Origin: Octopus sinensis
Lineage: Eukaryota
Assembly (NCBI RefSeq): GCF_006345805.1
Contig: NC_043004.1
Coordinates: forward strand, 60,698,001-60,762,000
DNA: 64,000 nt
Reading direction: 5' to 3'
Within the stretch, counting starts at the first letter, position 1. Each line of letters begins with the position of its first letter. The notes under the pieces were generated by a model that saw nothing but the letters and a program-made list of their open reading frames with translations, was not told the DNA's origin and ran no database searches. The position numbers and the translations under genes were made by a program. Positions 1-12,146 of this stretch are shown here, piece by piece.

Positions 1-71
1 TCTGGTTACCTCTATTTCCAGGTCTTTGTATTTTGAAAGTTTCTCCGTTTCTTTTAGAGACACGTTGTCAT

Positions 72-72
<1 letters not shown>
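1..72 (-). mobile_element. R4/Dong-like non-LTR retrotransposon fragment (restriction-like endonuclease region), cut by the window edge
   Basis: The minus strand reads DDNVSLKETEKLSKYKDLEIEVTR and overlaps the 13630-13927 copy almost base for base. It abuts an (ATT)n tract. Confidence 0.8.
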
Positions 73-231
<159 letters not shown>

Positions 232-232
<1 letters not shown>

Positions 233-810
233 TGTTCAGGTTACTGCTTGGAATCGAACTCGGATTCTTGGGGATAGTAGCCCGCGTTCTCAACCACCAC
301 GAAATATGCCCGTCTTTGTTGTTTAAGGAATCTTAGCAGTGACCGATTTTCCGTTGACATTGCTAAAGACTTGTATTAATAATCGTGTTCAGCAAAAAGC
401 AGTCAACAGATTTGTATTAAATAATGTGAAGGGATGTTCGCATCTTTTTTCTTTGTTTGTTTGTATTATTAGATGCGTAGAAATCATGTTGATATTTTTC
501 TGTATTATGAAATTGCACAGAACAGATGTTAACTGATTAGAATAGATGTTAATCGGTTTGTGTGTTATTAAAAGGCTGGAATCGAGGTTAATGGATTTGT
601 GTCGTCATTTTATTACGAGAACGTATGTTAACATCTTTGAATGTTATTAAATGACGATATTGGAGTTTTGCGTTATTAAATGTTTAGAAAGGACGTTAAA
701 ATTTTTGTGTAAATAAATTGGTGAAATCTATAAATGTTGAAATCTATGTGTGTTATTAAATAACTACAATAGCTTATCCGAGGTGTAACTGATTTAGCTT
801 CAACACGCGA
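232..810 (-). mobile_element. Unclassified interspersed repeat ending in a tRNA-like segment followed by (AAT)n
   Basis: The minus strand ends ...GGTGGTTGAGAACGCGGGCTACTATCCCCAAGAATCCGAGTTCGATTCCAAGCAGTAACCTGAACAATAAT, with A-box-like and B-box-like (GAGTTCGATTCC) motifs. The upstream AT-rich part has recurring TTTAATAAC motifs. The class is not established. Confidence 0.4.
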
Positions 811-932
811 CCTCCAATTGCATAACCTGTTCGCCAGGTACACCAACGAAAAAATTGCAAATATATATGTGTGCGTGTATGTATGTGTGTGTATGTGCGT
901 GAGTGTGTTTGCTTGTGTATGTATTTATGTAC

Positions 933-967
<35 letters not shown>

Positions 968-1733
968 ATATATATATATGTATATGTTATATATGCATAT
1001 ATATGTATATATATGTATATGTAATATATATATATATATGTATATATATATATGTATATAGATATAATAATATATATATATTAATATTTAAATATATGTA
1101 TATGTATCTACGTGAATACACACACACACACCACACATATATATGTATATATATTTATATGTGTGTATATAAATTTATCATAAATATTGCAATTTATATC
1201 TACGTATGTATAAACATACATCCAATATTTATATGTGCTGTATTCCTCTCCCCCATTCATTTACCCTTTTTTCCTCCATTCTTAGTAGCGTTTATCTCTT
1301 TCTCTCTCATTCCTTCTGCATTCTCTCTGTCTCTCTCTCATTCTTTTACACACACACCACACACACACACACACATACTCTCTCTCTCTCTCTCTCTCAT
1401 TCTCTCGCCCTCTCTTTCGCTTCTTCTTCAATGGTAATCTTCTTTGCTATTCACATCTGTTGATATACAGCTCGGAAGACGATAACTATTCAATTTGAAA
1501 GCAAATTAAATATTGATTTGTTTCCAAACAATTTACTATTTATGGATCTAATGCAAATTAAATTATTGATTTGTTTATTTAATTCTCCATCTATAAACAC
1601 AATGTAGGTAGTATGTTTTACGAGAAAACATATAAGATACGTTATAAGTGTGTTTGTGTGAGTGTACGTGTGTTCGTAACGATGTAGGTTTAAATATATG
1701 TTAAATATATTTTATGCATACACACACACACAT

Positions 1734-1788
<55 letters not shown>

Positions 1789-1852
1789 CACCATACTAGC
1801 TCTAATGTAACCCAGATATTCACTGATGAGAGAATTAGAATATATGTGCACA

Positions 1853-1888
<36 letters not shown>

Positions 1889-2082
1889 GATATATATTAT
1901 ATATATATATATATATTTTATATATATAACATATATATATTATATACATATACATATCCACACATAATATATATTATACATATACACACACATATATATT
2001 ATACATATATATATACATTTATATACATATATACATATACATATAATACATACATACATACACACACACACATACATATATA

Positions 2083-2632
2083 CAGTTGCGGTCAAAATGT
2101 TCAGAACGGCATTGTTTTCGTCAGAAAAGTAGGTATAAGTTTTTTATCGAAGTTGTTTTATATTCTATACTTTTCACAGACAATAAATACAATATTATTT
2201 GTTATTGTCTGAGATGTTGGTGTAATTTGAGAGGATAATACAAAAGTTATGGATGATTTAGTGATTTACTGCAAAACCCATGGCGGCCAAAGGATCAGAA
2301 CGGTTGCTTTTACTCCATGTTTTAGTATATTTAACCGTCGAACTCTAATGTTTTGAATTTCTTTACGTGACGGTTCGTTTACTAAATATTAGTAAGAATA
2401 TCTGCAGTGTACTTTGTTAATATAATGTCACTTACTCCGTTACCAAATCGTCAGCAGATTATTAAGCTTCGAAAGAAGGATAATTTAAGTATTAAGTCTA
2501 TTGCAAATATTAACAAATCAAAAAATGTTGTTCACGGTATTCTTAAGGTCTACGATGATTGTGGTTCATGTGAAGCAAGAAAGTCTACAGGTAGGCCAAG
2601 AAAAACGACCAAGAGAGAAGATCGTGCACTTT
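2083..2632 (+). mobile_element. Tc1/mariner DNA transposon, left end and transposase N-terminus (truncated)
   Basis: TA|CAGTTGCGGTCAAAATGTTCAGAACGG terminus, with an inner repeat GCGGCCAAAGGATCAGAACGG at ~2283 (IR/DR-type). From ATG 2425: MSLTPLPNRQQIIKLRKKDNLSIKSIA...STGRPRKTTKREDRAL, i.e. a paired-like HTH followed by the GRPR motif. Confidence 0.85.
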
Positions 2633-2738
2633 CATCACCTGTGTGCGTGAGCAAGTGTATGTGTCTGTATCTGTGTGTGTATATGGGTCTATGTGTGTGT
2701 GTAAGCTTTTATACGTTTCAACCCTAAAATATATATGC

Positions 2739-2800
<62 letters not shown>

Positions 2801-2805
2801 AAGCT

Positions 2806-2813
2806 AGATAGAC

Positions 2814-2905
<92 letters not shown>
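2806..2905. repeat. (GATA)n tetranucleotide microsatellite; a second tract lies at ~61105-61195
   Basis: Read directly. Confidence 0.95.
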
Positions 2906-2942
2906 TAGATATAGATATAAACCCATCCACCCCCACACACAT

Positions 2943-3035
2943 ACGATGGGCTTCTTTCGGTATCTTTTGACCGAATCGACTCACCAAGCTTTGATTGGCC
3001 GTACAGTGGGACTGAACCCGAAACTATGTGAGCGT
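2943..3035 (-). mobile_element. SINE family A, degenerate partial copy
   Basis: Reverse complement resembles the family A head (GGTTCAGTCCCACTG...GAAAGAAGCCC...CGT). Confidence 0.6.
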
Positions 3036-4126
3036 AAATTGTATACATATGAATGGGCTGAACTTCCAGAATTAAACATTCATAATTACTTTAAACGGCT
3101 GATTCGCCACTTTAACCTACTTTACAAATGGCGGCAGTACGTTTTGGAATACGCATACCCCATCATAATACATACACACCACACGAGGAATTATAAACAT
3201 GCAGATAGAGATAGAGAATGAAACAGATAGACAGGCAGAATATGGGGCGGAACTAATAAGTTTGCGTTGAATAAACAAGCCTGAATACGAGGCGCCATAA
3301 CAGCTGTGCCAAAATGTCTCTTAAACGGTTGGTGATGAAAATATTTCTTAAATATAAAGCAATTTCTTTGTGCACGAGTTTTCAACGACGGTGCAATAAA
3401 ATAAAAGAACTCAAAATTTCAAACCAGTATTCAAGGATTTCCCTCAAGATACTGTTCATCACACACACACACGCATACACACTTACATTGTTGTTTCTTT
3501 CTCACTCTCCCTTTCTTTTTCTCTCTCAGAAACCTAAATTTAATATCCTGTTATTCAACCATTCTGTCTGATTCGTACCATATATGTATTTAAATTTTGC
3601 TCTTCAATTTACAGCTTTTTAGCCGACACGCGAAATAAATCCCAACTTACAAACATAGAATATTATTAGAAAATAAAAAAATATATTTGCTGTATTTTGC
3701 TTTCAAATGGGTTGTAATGTATCGCCCTTACATCACACACAGTTTTATCCAGTATATTGGCATGTTTCTTCTCATCATTTCTACCAATTATTTTCTATTT
3801 TTACCTCGACTCTAGATCGTAGAGAGAAAACAGTTTCCATCTACTAGGTGAGCCAAAAGTAGCACCCAATTTCTGTTTTAGCGTTGACATGTATGACTTC
3901 CCAACTCGGAAACACTTTTGACTCCATATTCTTCTTTTACGAGTTGGGATACCGAAGAGTATTAACAACATGATAGATGATTCAGGTTTACTAACTTTCA
4001 AAACTGTCAGTAATAACCTGCAAAACAACAAAGAAAGGCATGACTTCCTAGAAACCGGGTGCTACTTTTCACTCAACTTATATGTGTGTGTGTGTGTGTG
4101 TGTATGTATATATATTATATATGTAT

Positions 4127-4166
<40 letters not shown>

Positions 4167-4419
4167 TGCACATATATATATATTATGTATGTATGGTATA
4201 TATATACATATATATATATATATTATGTATGTATGTATGTATATATATATACATATATATATATATATTATGTATGTATGTATGCATATGTATATATATA
4301 TACATATATATATAGAATTTAAAATTAAATAAGGGTAGAAATTGATAAAATTAAAAACCAGTGACCTAAAATATTTAAAAAAACGAAGATTAAAATTTTT
4401 TACATAAAAAATTTAGAGG

Positions 4420-4865
4420 ACTGACCACTAAAAGTGGACAGCCTAAATGCTAGATATAGAAGTCGGATGTAAAGGGTTTGTTGGGCACAGTGTGAGACGA
4501 CTGTTGTTATCGCTAGGCCTAACTCATCGTAAAGTCAATACCATCATGACCGATATCCAATCTACAGTGGAGAAGGCGAGCCACTGGATTTGGTTAAAAA
4601 GAGACGATGACTGATGGCTAGAAGGATATTGAGCTTAACTTGATAACCAGCTGATCTAGCAAGCGAGGCCTCATATCATGGGGGGGGGGGTCAGTGCGCA
4701 TTGATGCCGTCGAGAGGTAGGCCCCGAAACGGCGCGCATTCTTTCCTGATGACCCCATACACTTGCTGGCTTCCGGTATACAGAGCTTTTGACTGGTAGC
4801 ACTTGTATGTGCAAGTTGTTTGCAAGACATACTCGTAACTTAGATTCTAATGTCAGCCACAACAC
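4420..4865 (+). mobile_element. HERO-like (REL-endonuclease) non-LTR retrotransposon, 3' end
   Basis: Translation KWTA*MLDIEVGCKGFVGHSVRRLLLSLG...TVEKASHWIWLKRDDD*W matches the xEVGxRGF...AEKASxWxWxxR C-terminus of HERO-clade ORFs. It is followed by a GC-rich 3' UTR. Confidence 0.7.
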
Positions 4866-5539
4866 TCACTACATATACATATTTGTTTAAACAGGTTTCA
4901 TTATTGTCACACCATTAATTATCTTTATTTAACTATTGAATTATTCCTTACGAATTTCTGTTAATACCACCAAATTATTAAACATCTGAAAACGTATATT
5001 ACAATTCATTGCGATTTACATAAAATTGAGAATAAAATTTACGATAAATTGAGAATGAAATCTAATTTTTTACTTTGTAATCACCACCTCTAATTGGATT
5101 GATTCCATGATACGCAACAATCATTCATATTATACAATCTTGTACACCTACAGATTTAAAAGTGTAACATCGCTTTTCAATTCTTGCTATTCAATTTTCG
5201 AATTTTTAATTCATTTGAATGTTATAATAATTTATATTGGGTTGTATTCCAGTATATTTACTTTTGCATAGTTCCTTTTAGTAAATTTATGTTATTTCAT
5301 TAAATGATACAGTAAACATTCCAAATTTCTATAAGTCACAACAGCCAATTTGCACACGTACAGTATTTCTCATACGACGTAGCTATACAAAAGGATATTG
5401 TTATTCGTTCATTTAAATTCAGTATTCAGTCATCGCACGTTGAATAACTGTATATACATTTGTGCATAATGTGTGGTGGGGTGGTGGTGGTGGATTTGTG
5501 TGTGTGCATCTATTTATACGTACGTATATACGTTGATGT

Positions 5540-5795
5540 GGAGGCGCGTGGTTTATTGGTTAGAGTGTCAGCATCATGATCGTAAGATTGTGGTTTCGAT
5601 TCCTGGACCGGGCGACGCGTTGTGTTCTTCAGCAAAACACTTCATTTAACGTTGCTCCAGTCCACTCAGCTGGCAAAAATGAGTAACGCTGCGGTGGACT
5701 GGCGTCCCGTCCGGGTGGGGAACACATACGCCATAGAAACCGGGAAACCAGGTCCATGAGCCTGGCTAGGCTTTAAAAGGACGCATTTATTTTAT
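5540..5795 (+). mobile_element. tRNA-derived SINE, family C
   Basis: Head GGAGGCGCGTGGTTTATTGGTTAGAG...GGTTTCGATTCC (A/B boxes). Body GAGTAACGCTGCG..GGACTGGCGTCCCGTCC is shared with family D at 44880-45123. Confidence 0.85.
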
Positions 5796-5834
5796 TATTA
5801 TATACGTTGATACACCTTGATATTAAAATACTTA

Positions 5835-5987
5835 GTGGCTGTGCGGTAAGAACCTTGATTCCCAACCACATGGTTCCAGGTTCAGTTCCACGGCGTGACA
5901 TCCTGGGCAAGTGTCGTCTTCGATCGCCTCGGGCCTACCAACGCCTTCTGAATGGATTTGGTAGACGGAAACTGAAAGAAGGCCGTC

Positions 5988-6039
<52 letters not shown>

Positions 6040-6237
6040 GTGTGTGCCTGTGCTTGTCCCCTCACCATCACTTGATAACCAGTGTTGGGGTGTTTACGTC
6101 CCTGTAATATAGTGGTTCGGCAAAAGAAACCGATAGATTAAGTACTAGGGCTTACAAAGAATAAGTCCTGGGGTCGATTTGTTCGACTAAAGCTTTTGCT
6201 CCAGCATGGCCGCAGTCAAATAACTGAAACAGGTAAA
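5835..6237 (+). mobile_element. tRNA-derived SINE, family A (internal (AT)n/(GT)n tract)
   Basis: Head GTGGCTGTGCGGTAAG...GGTTCAGTTCC and tail CAGCATGGCCGCAGTCAAATAACTGAAAC; at least seven related copies occur in the window. Confidence 0.9.
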
Positions 6238-6266
6238 TGACTGGTATGGAACTGCTTAATACCTCT

Positions 6267-6599
6267 GAGTCTCTTTTGGTCATGACTGACCATGGGATTG
6301 CACCTAGAAAGTTAACCTCCCAGGCACAAATCCGTTCGTGGTTGTTTATGGAAGACCAGCAGTCGCCCTTGCATACCAGCCTCCCCTCTCCACGCCACCA
6401 GTGTTTATCCAAGGGAAAGGCAAACGCCGATACAGCTTGGCATATGTGACGTCGCAAACCATTTCTACAGCTGTGTGAACTGGAGCAACGTGAAATAAAG
6501 TGTCTTGCACAAGAACACAATAGGCAGCCCGGTCCAGCATTCGAACACACAACCTCGTGATCGTAAGCTCGACGCTCTAACCACTGAGCCATGCGCCTT
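6267..6599 (-). mobile_element. tRNA-derived SINE, family E
   Basis: Minus-strand head AGGCGCATGGCTCAGTGGTTAGAGCG...GTGTTCGAATGC; body shared with 37908-38162 and 60153-60470. Confidence 0.88.
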
Positions 6600-6744
6600 C
6601 ACTTGCTATGTAAATTTATGATATCAGGAGTTGACAATCTGCTCTTCTTTGCTCCGGGACAGGGTTGTGTACAACTGTTCAAAGTTTCGCCTTGAGTTTG
6701 GTTTCTACCAACTGTTATGAGTAATATTGTGTAATAATATTAAT

Positions 6745-6862
6745 TTAAAATTTTGGTACACGGCCAGCAATTTCGGGGGAGATGGTTATATCCCAGTATT
6801 CAACTGGTGCTTATTTATCCTCCACGAAAAGATAAAAGGCAAGGTCGGCCACAGTGGAATTT
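6745..6862 (-). mobile_element. SINE family B-like degenerate 3' fragment
   Basis: Reverse complement resembles GCCTTTCATCCTTTCG...AAGTACCAGTTG..TACTGGG...AAATTGCTGGCC. Confidence 0.55.
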
Positions 6863-7023
6863 TTTTAGTAATATTGACCATAGAGCTGGCATAGTACTGA
6901 CGTAGCATGAACGGTTCCAGAAGTGGGAGTGGAACAAAGGTTGAAGACTAGCTATCACTCAACTCTTTCTATCTGTCATTCTTTCTTTCTTTCTTTCTCT
7001 CTCTCTCTCTCTCTATTAATATT

Positions 7024-7061
<38 letters not shown>

Positions 7062-7062
<1 letters not shown>

Positions 7063-7438
7063 CTATATATAAACGGCAGTTTGTCTGTGCGTGTTTCTGT
7101 GTGTCTGTTTGCTTGTACCCTCACCCTGACCACGGCTTTCAACCGATTCTGATGAAACTTGACACACACATAGCCCAATGTCATAATTCAAAATAACGCA
7201 GCCAAAATTTTGAAAAGTTTCCCCAGTTCTGAAAAAATCGATAAATTCGACATGAGGTCGAGAATCAGAAACACGAACCACAAACTGTCTAGGGGACGCA
7301 ACTCCATCCTTTTTTCACTCTCAAAAAAAAATTTACCATCATTTTTTCCATTTTTTGCTATATTTTGTTATAACTCTCTAAAAATGCTTTATAGTTATTT
7401 CCCTTACAAACCTGAGCAACGCCGGGCGATACTGCTAG
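7062..7438 (+). mobile_element. Non-autonomous Helitron
   Basis: A|TC 5' end (TCTATATATAAA), 3' GC hairpin CCTGAGCAACGCCGGG, CTAG|T terminus, inserted in an AT dinucleotide. Confidence 0.8.
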
Positions 7439-7473
7439 TATATATATATATATATATATAGAATATATATTAT

Positions 7474-7508
<35 letters not shown>

Positions 7509-7576
7509 TATATATATATATATATATATTATATTATATATATATATAATATATATATATATATATAATATATATA

Positions 7577-7993
7577 GGCGCAGGAGTGGCTGTGTGGTAA
7601 GTAGCAGTTTACCAACCACATGGTTCCGGGTTCAGTCCACTGCGTAGCACTTGGGCAAGTGTCTTCTCTACTATAACCTCGGGCCGACCAAAGCCTTGTG
7701 AGTGGATTTGGTAGACGGAAACTGAAAGAAGCCCGTCGTATATATGTATATATATATATATATATGCGTGTGTATGTTTGTGCGTCTGTGTTTGTTCCCC
7801 TAGCATGGCTTGACAACCGATGCTGGTGTGTTTATGTCCCCGTTACTTAGCGGTTCGGCGAAAGAGACCGATAGAATAAGTACTGGGCTTACAAAAGAAT
7901 AATTTTCGGGGTCGAGTTGCTCGATTAAAGTAGGTGCTCCAGCATGGCCGCAGTCAAATGACTGAAACAAGTAAAAGAGTAAAGAGTAAAAAG
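7577..7993 (+). mobile_element. tRNA-derived SINE, family A, full length
   Basis: GGCGCAGGAGTGGCTGTGTGGTAAG head through the (GAGTAAA)n-like tail. Confidence 0.92.
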
Positions 7994-8085
7994 ATATATA
8001 TATATATCCGTCTGTCTTTCTATCTATCAACCTGAGTATTTGTGTTTCTCCCCTCTCCTTCTCTGTCTATCTGTCTGCCTCTTTG

Positions 8086-8144
<59 letters not shown>

Positions 8145-8552
8145 CATCTGTTTTAATGAGTCTCAGTGTCTGTCTCTCTCTGACTCTCTCTTTAATCGTC
8201 TTCTTCTTTTCCATATGTTTTATATTTTATGTTCATTGGCCGGTTTGTATTTTGCTTTAGCAGGAATTTTTGTTGAATATATTCGTGTTTTACTCACATT
8301 TTTCATTAATTTTCATGTTATTCACGTTTTTTTGCTTTCACACTTTTCGTGTTTTACCCAGTTTGCATGTTTTTCTCTACATTTGTGTTATACACCTTTC
8401 CAGCTTTTATTCATTTCAGCATTTTGCATTCATTTTTATGATACATTCTTAATTTTTATTTTTCAAATATATTTCAAGTTTTCAAACATTTTTCTAGAAT
8501 ATCATTATTAATTTCTGAGAGGTGTTGTCACTAACGTTGCATCTGCCAATAC

Positions 8553-8554
<2 letters not shown>

Positions 8555-8583
<29 letters not shown>

Positions 8584-8790
8584 CTTCTTCTTCTTCTTCT
8601 TCTTCTTCTTCTTCTTCTTCTTCTTCTTCTTCTTCTTCTTCTTCCCCTCCTCCTCCTTCTTTTTTCTTCTTCGTCTTCTTCTTCTGCTTCTTCTTCTCCT
8701 CCTCCTTCCTCCTCCTCTTTCTTTTCTTCTTCTTCTTCTTCTTCTTCTACTACTACTACTACTACTACTACTACACTACTACTGCTACTT
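8555..8790. repeat. (CTT)n/(CCT)n/(ACT)n compound microsatellite
   Basis: Read directly. Confidence 0.95.
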
Positions 8791-8959
8791 TCTTTTTTAT
8801 TTCTTTCTTCATCCCAACTTTTTTTGTTTCTTCCTTGCTTTAAGTTCTACTTCTTCATTTTCTTTCTTTCCTTTTTTCTTCCTTCTACTCCTACTTCTTC
8901 GTTCTCTTATTCTCTTTTGCCTTTTCTTCTTTATCATCTTCTCGAACCCGCCCCCCCCC

Positions 8960-9172
8960 ACTATGATGCTACTCCACTACTCGTTATCAGAGATGCACAT
9001 ATCGTCAGCCACAAAGGGACATACTCAACTGTTCAAGGTCAAACAACTGACAAGCAAATCTGCAGTATTGAGCAGATAATTTTCTGTAGCCCAAGACAAA
9101 ACAATGTACATGATAACACTTCCAATCAATTAAGATCAGAAGCCCTGAGAGCCAATGCCTGGTATTACGTTA
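8960..9172 (-). mobile_element. Unclassified repeat family X, partial copy
   Basis: Similar to 14330-14415 and 56600-56830 (CAGAGATGCACATATCGTCAGCCAC...GATAACACTTCCAATCA.TTAAGATCAGAAGCC). Confidence 0.7.
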
Positions 9173-9200
9173 AGGAATTCATCGTTGTTTTTGTACTTGC

Positions 9201-9260
<60 letters not shown>

Positions 9261-9290
9261 CATTATTATTATTATTATTATTATTATTTT

Positions 9291-9744
9291 ATGCTTGACT
9301 TTTGCCTTACATTTGTACAAGTTGGCTCCAAGTCTCACCCGAGACCTCAAGAGATAACAAGTTGGAAGTTTATGTTCGTGTTATGCCTAGGTGCCATATA
9401 TTTGGTATTGTACATAGTGTTGTTCTAGAGAATGTTTAAGAAAACAGGAAAATTACGTTTGTTTTAAAACTTGAGATTACATAGAAGTATTTTGCGTAGG
9501 ATATGAGCAGTTCCCATGAGTACTATATTTTGAATTTTTGCCATTTGGGTTTTCCTGTTATCTGAGCTAGAAATCAGCCTTTTGCTATCATTCCCAGGGC
9601 ACCTATGACAACAGGTTTGTTTTAGTCTTCAGGTTCCACATTTTCTACTTTCTAGTTCAAGATCTTTATATTTGCTCAGTTTTTGGTAGGTCTTGACATA
9701 TACTTTTATATCGATTGGGACAGTCATATCAATGACGAGACATG
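9291..9744 (-). mobile_element. R4/Dong-like non-LTR 3' fragment (tandem copy 1)
   Basis: CLVIDMTVPIDIKVYVKTYQKLSKYKDLELE...VIGALGMIA...IQNIVLMGTAHILRKI (with frameshifts); flanked by (ATT)n. Confidence 0.85.
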
Positions 9745-9782
9745 ATTATTATCATTATTATTATTATTATTATTATTATTTT

Positions 9783-10244
9783 ATGCTTGACTTTTGCCTT
9801 ACATTTGTACAAGTTGGCTCCAAGTCTCACCCAGAGACCTCAAGAGATAACAAGTTGGAAGTTTATGTTCGTGTTATGCCTAGGGTGCCATATATTTGGT
9901 ATTGTACATAGTGTTGTTCTAGAGAATGTTTAAGAAAACAGGAAAATTACGTTTGTTTTAAAACTTGAGATTACATAGAAAGTATTTTGCGTAGGATATG
10001 AGCAGTTCCCATGAGTACTATATTTTGAATTTTTGCCATTTTGGGTTTTCCTGTTATCTGAGCTAGAAATCAGCCCCTTTTGCTATCATTCCCAGGGCAC
10101 CTATGACAACAGGTATTGTTTTAGTCTTCAGGTTCCACATTTTCCTACTTTCTAGTTCAAGATCTTTATATTTGCTCAGTTTTTGGTAGGTCTTGACATA
10201 TACGTTTATATCGATTGGGACAGTCATATCAATGACGAGACATG
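9783..10244 (-). mobile_element. R4/Dong-like non-LTR 3' fragment (tandem copy 2)
   Basis: CLVIDMTVPIDINVYVKTYQKLSKYKDLELESRKMWNLKTKTIPVVIGALGMIA; nearly identical to copy 1, with the same 5' breakpoint. Confidence 0.85.
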
Positions 10245-10251
10245 ATTATTA

Positions 10252-10301
<50 letters not shown>

Positions 10302-10322
10302 ATTATTATTATTATCATCATC

Positions 10323-10390
<68 letters not shown>

Positions 10391-10414
10391 CATCATCATC
10401 ATCATCATCATCAT

Positions 10415-10449
<35 letters not shown>

Positions 10450-10482
10450 TTATTATTATTATTATTATGTTGTTGTTGTAAA
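10245..10482. repeat. In-phase compound microsatellite (ATT)/(ATC)/(ACT)/(GTT)
   Basis: Read directly. Confidence 0.95.
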
Positions 10483-10753
10483 TGGGTCTTTTGCCACTTT
10501 TGTGTCTGTCTTTGTACGACGCATGTCGCTCTGAAAGATATTATTCCGAAGTCGTCCATAGGCTGTTTTTATCTAGCACTGTACAGTCGTACAATGTTAT
10601 CCTCCTCAATTATTAGAAACCAACAATACAGTCTAACACTCTCTTACTCTACGTACTTTCCTATTTACTTTCTCTCCTGACTTTACTTTCCTTGCAAACA
10701 TCTGTTCAGCTGGTGAACTACCTGCTGGTGAATTCGGATTTGACGTTACACGG

Positions 10754-10810
10754 TACACCCTTAAAAATTGCTACACCCTTAAAAATTGCTACACCCTTAA
10801 AAATTGCTAC
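10754..10810. repeat. 18-bp tandem repeat x3 (ACACCCTTAAAAATTGCT) inside the Gypsy integrase
   Basis: Read directly; the minus strand reads (*QFLRV)x3 followed by YRVT. Confidence 0.9.
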
Positions 10811-10890
10811 TTCATATGTACTTTCCTTATTTACTTTTCTTAAATATCTTTTGAAGGCATCAACAGAGCGTCCATTTGGTCTTGGAAGGT

Positions 10891-12146
10891 TTGGCGCCGT
10901 AGTTATATGTTCTAACGTGAACGTTTCACAATTTTTTTAAAATTCGCCGTAATTATATGTTCTAACGTGAACGTTTCACAATTTTTTTAAAATTCGCCGT
11001 AATTATATGTTCTAACGTGAACGTTTCACAATTTTTTTAAAATTCGCCGTAATTATATGTTCTAACGTGAACGTTTCACATTTTTTTAAAAATTTCGCCG
11101 TAATTATATGTTCTAACGTGAACGTTTCACATTTTTTTTAAAATTCGCCGTAATTATATGTTCTAACGTGAACGTTTCACAATTTTTTTAAAATTCGCCG
11201 TAATTATATGTTCTAACGTGAACGTTTCACATTTTTTTTAAAATTTCGCCGTAATTATATGTTCTAACGTGAACGTTTCACATTTTTTTAAAATTCGCCG
11301 TAATTATATGTTCTAACGTGAACGTTTCACAATTTTTTTAAAATTCGCCGTAATTATATGTTCTAACGTGAACGTTTCACATTTTTTTAAAATTCGCCGT
11401 AATTATATGTTCTAACGTGAACGTTTCACAATTTTTTTAAAATTCGCCGTAATTATATGTTCTAACGTGAACGTTTCACAATTTTTTTAAAATTTCGCCG
11501 TAATTATATGTTCTAACGTGAACGTTTCACATTTTTTTAAAATTCGCCGTAATTATATGTTCTAACGTGAACGTTTCACAATTTTTTTAAAATTCGCCGT
11601 AATTATATGTTCTAACGTGAACGTTTCACAATTTTTTTAAAATTCGCCGTCGTTAAATTATATCTTCTAAATGAACGTTTCACATTTTTTTAAAATTCGC
11701 CGTAATATATATGTTCTAACGTGAACGTTTCACAATTTTTTTAATTCGCCGTAATTATAGTTTAAACGTGAACGTTTCACAATTTTTTTAAAATTCGCCG
11801 TAATTATATGTTCTGACGTGAACGTTTCACAATTTTTTAAAATTCGCCGTAATATGTTTTCTACTAACGTGAACGTTTCACAATTTTTTTAAATTTCGCC
11901 GTATTATATGTGTTCTAACGTGAACGTTTCACATTTTTTTAAAATTCGCCGTAATTATATGTTCTAACGTGAACGTTTCACATTTTTTTAAAATTCGCCG
12001 TAATTATTGTTCTAACGTGAACGTTTCACAATTTTTTTAAAATTCGCCGTAATTATGTTCTAACGTGAACGTTTCACATTTTTTTAAAATTCGCCGTAAT
12101 TATATGTTCTAACGTGAACGTTTCACAATTTTTTTTTAAAATTCGC
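10891..12146. repeat. ~50-bp minisatellite, about 25 copies (AAATTCGCCGTAATTATATGTTCTAACGTGAACGTTTCACAATTTTTTTA)
   Basis: Head-to-tail units with no spacers. Variation is mainly in the T-run length. Array length ~1256 bp divided by ~50 bp gives the copy estimate. Confidence 0.97.

Noticed and set aside
4680-4770. GAAAC...CTGATGA in the HERO-like 3' UTR
   Set aside because: It forms a simple hairpin, and the stem II arms required for a hammerhead do not pair.
10891-12146. CRISPR-like array (regular repeats with an internal palindrome)
   Set aside because: The units are contiguous with no unique spacers, no cas genes are present, the context is eukaryotic, and the unit derives from integrase coding sequence.
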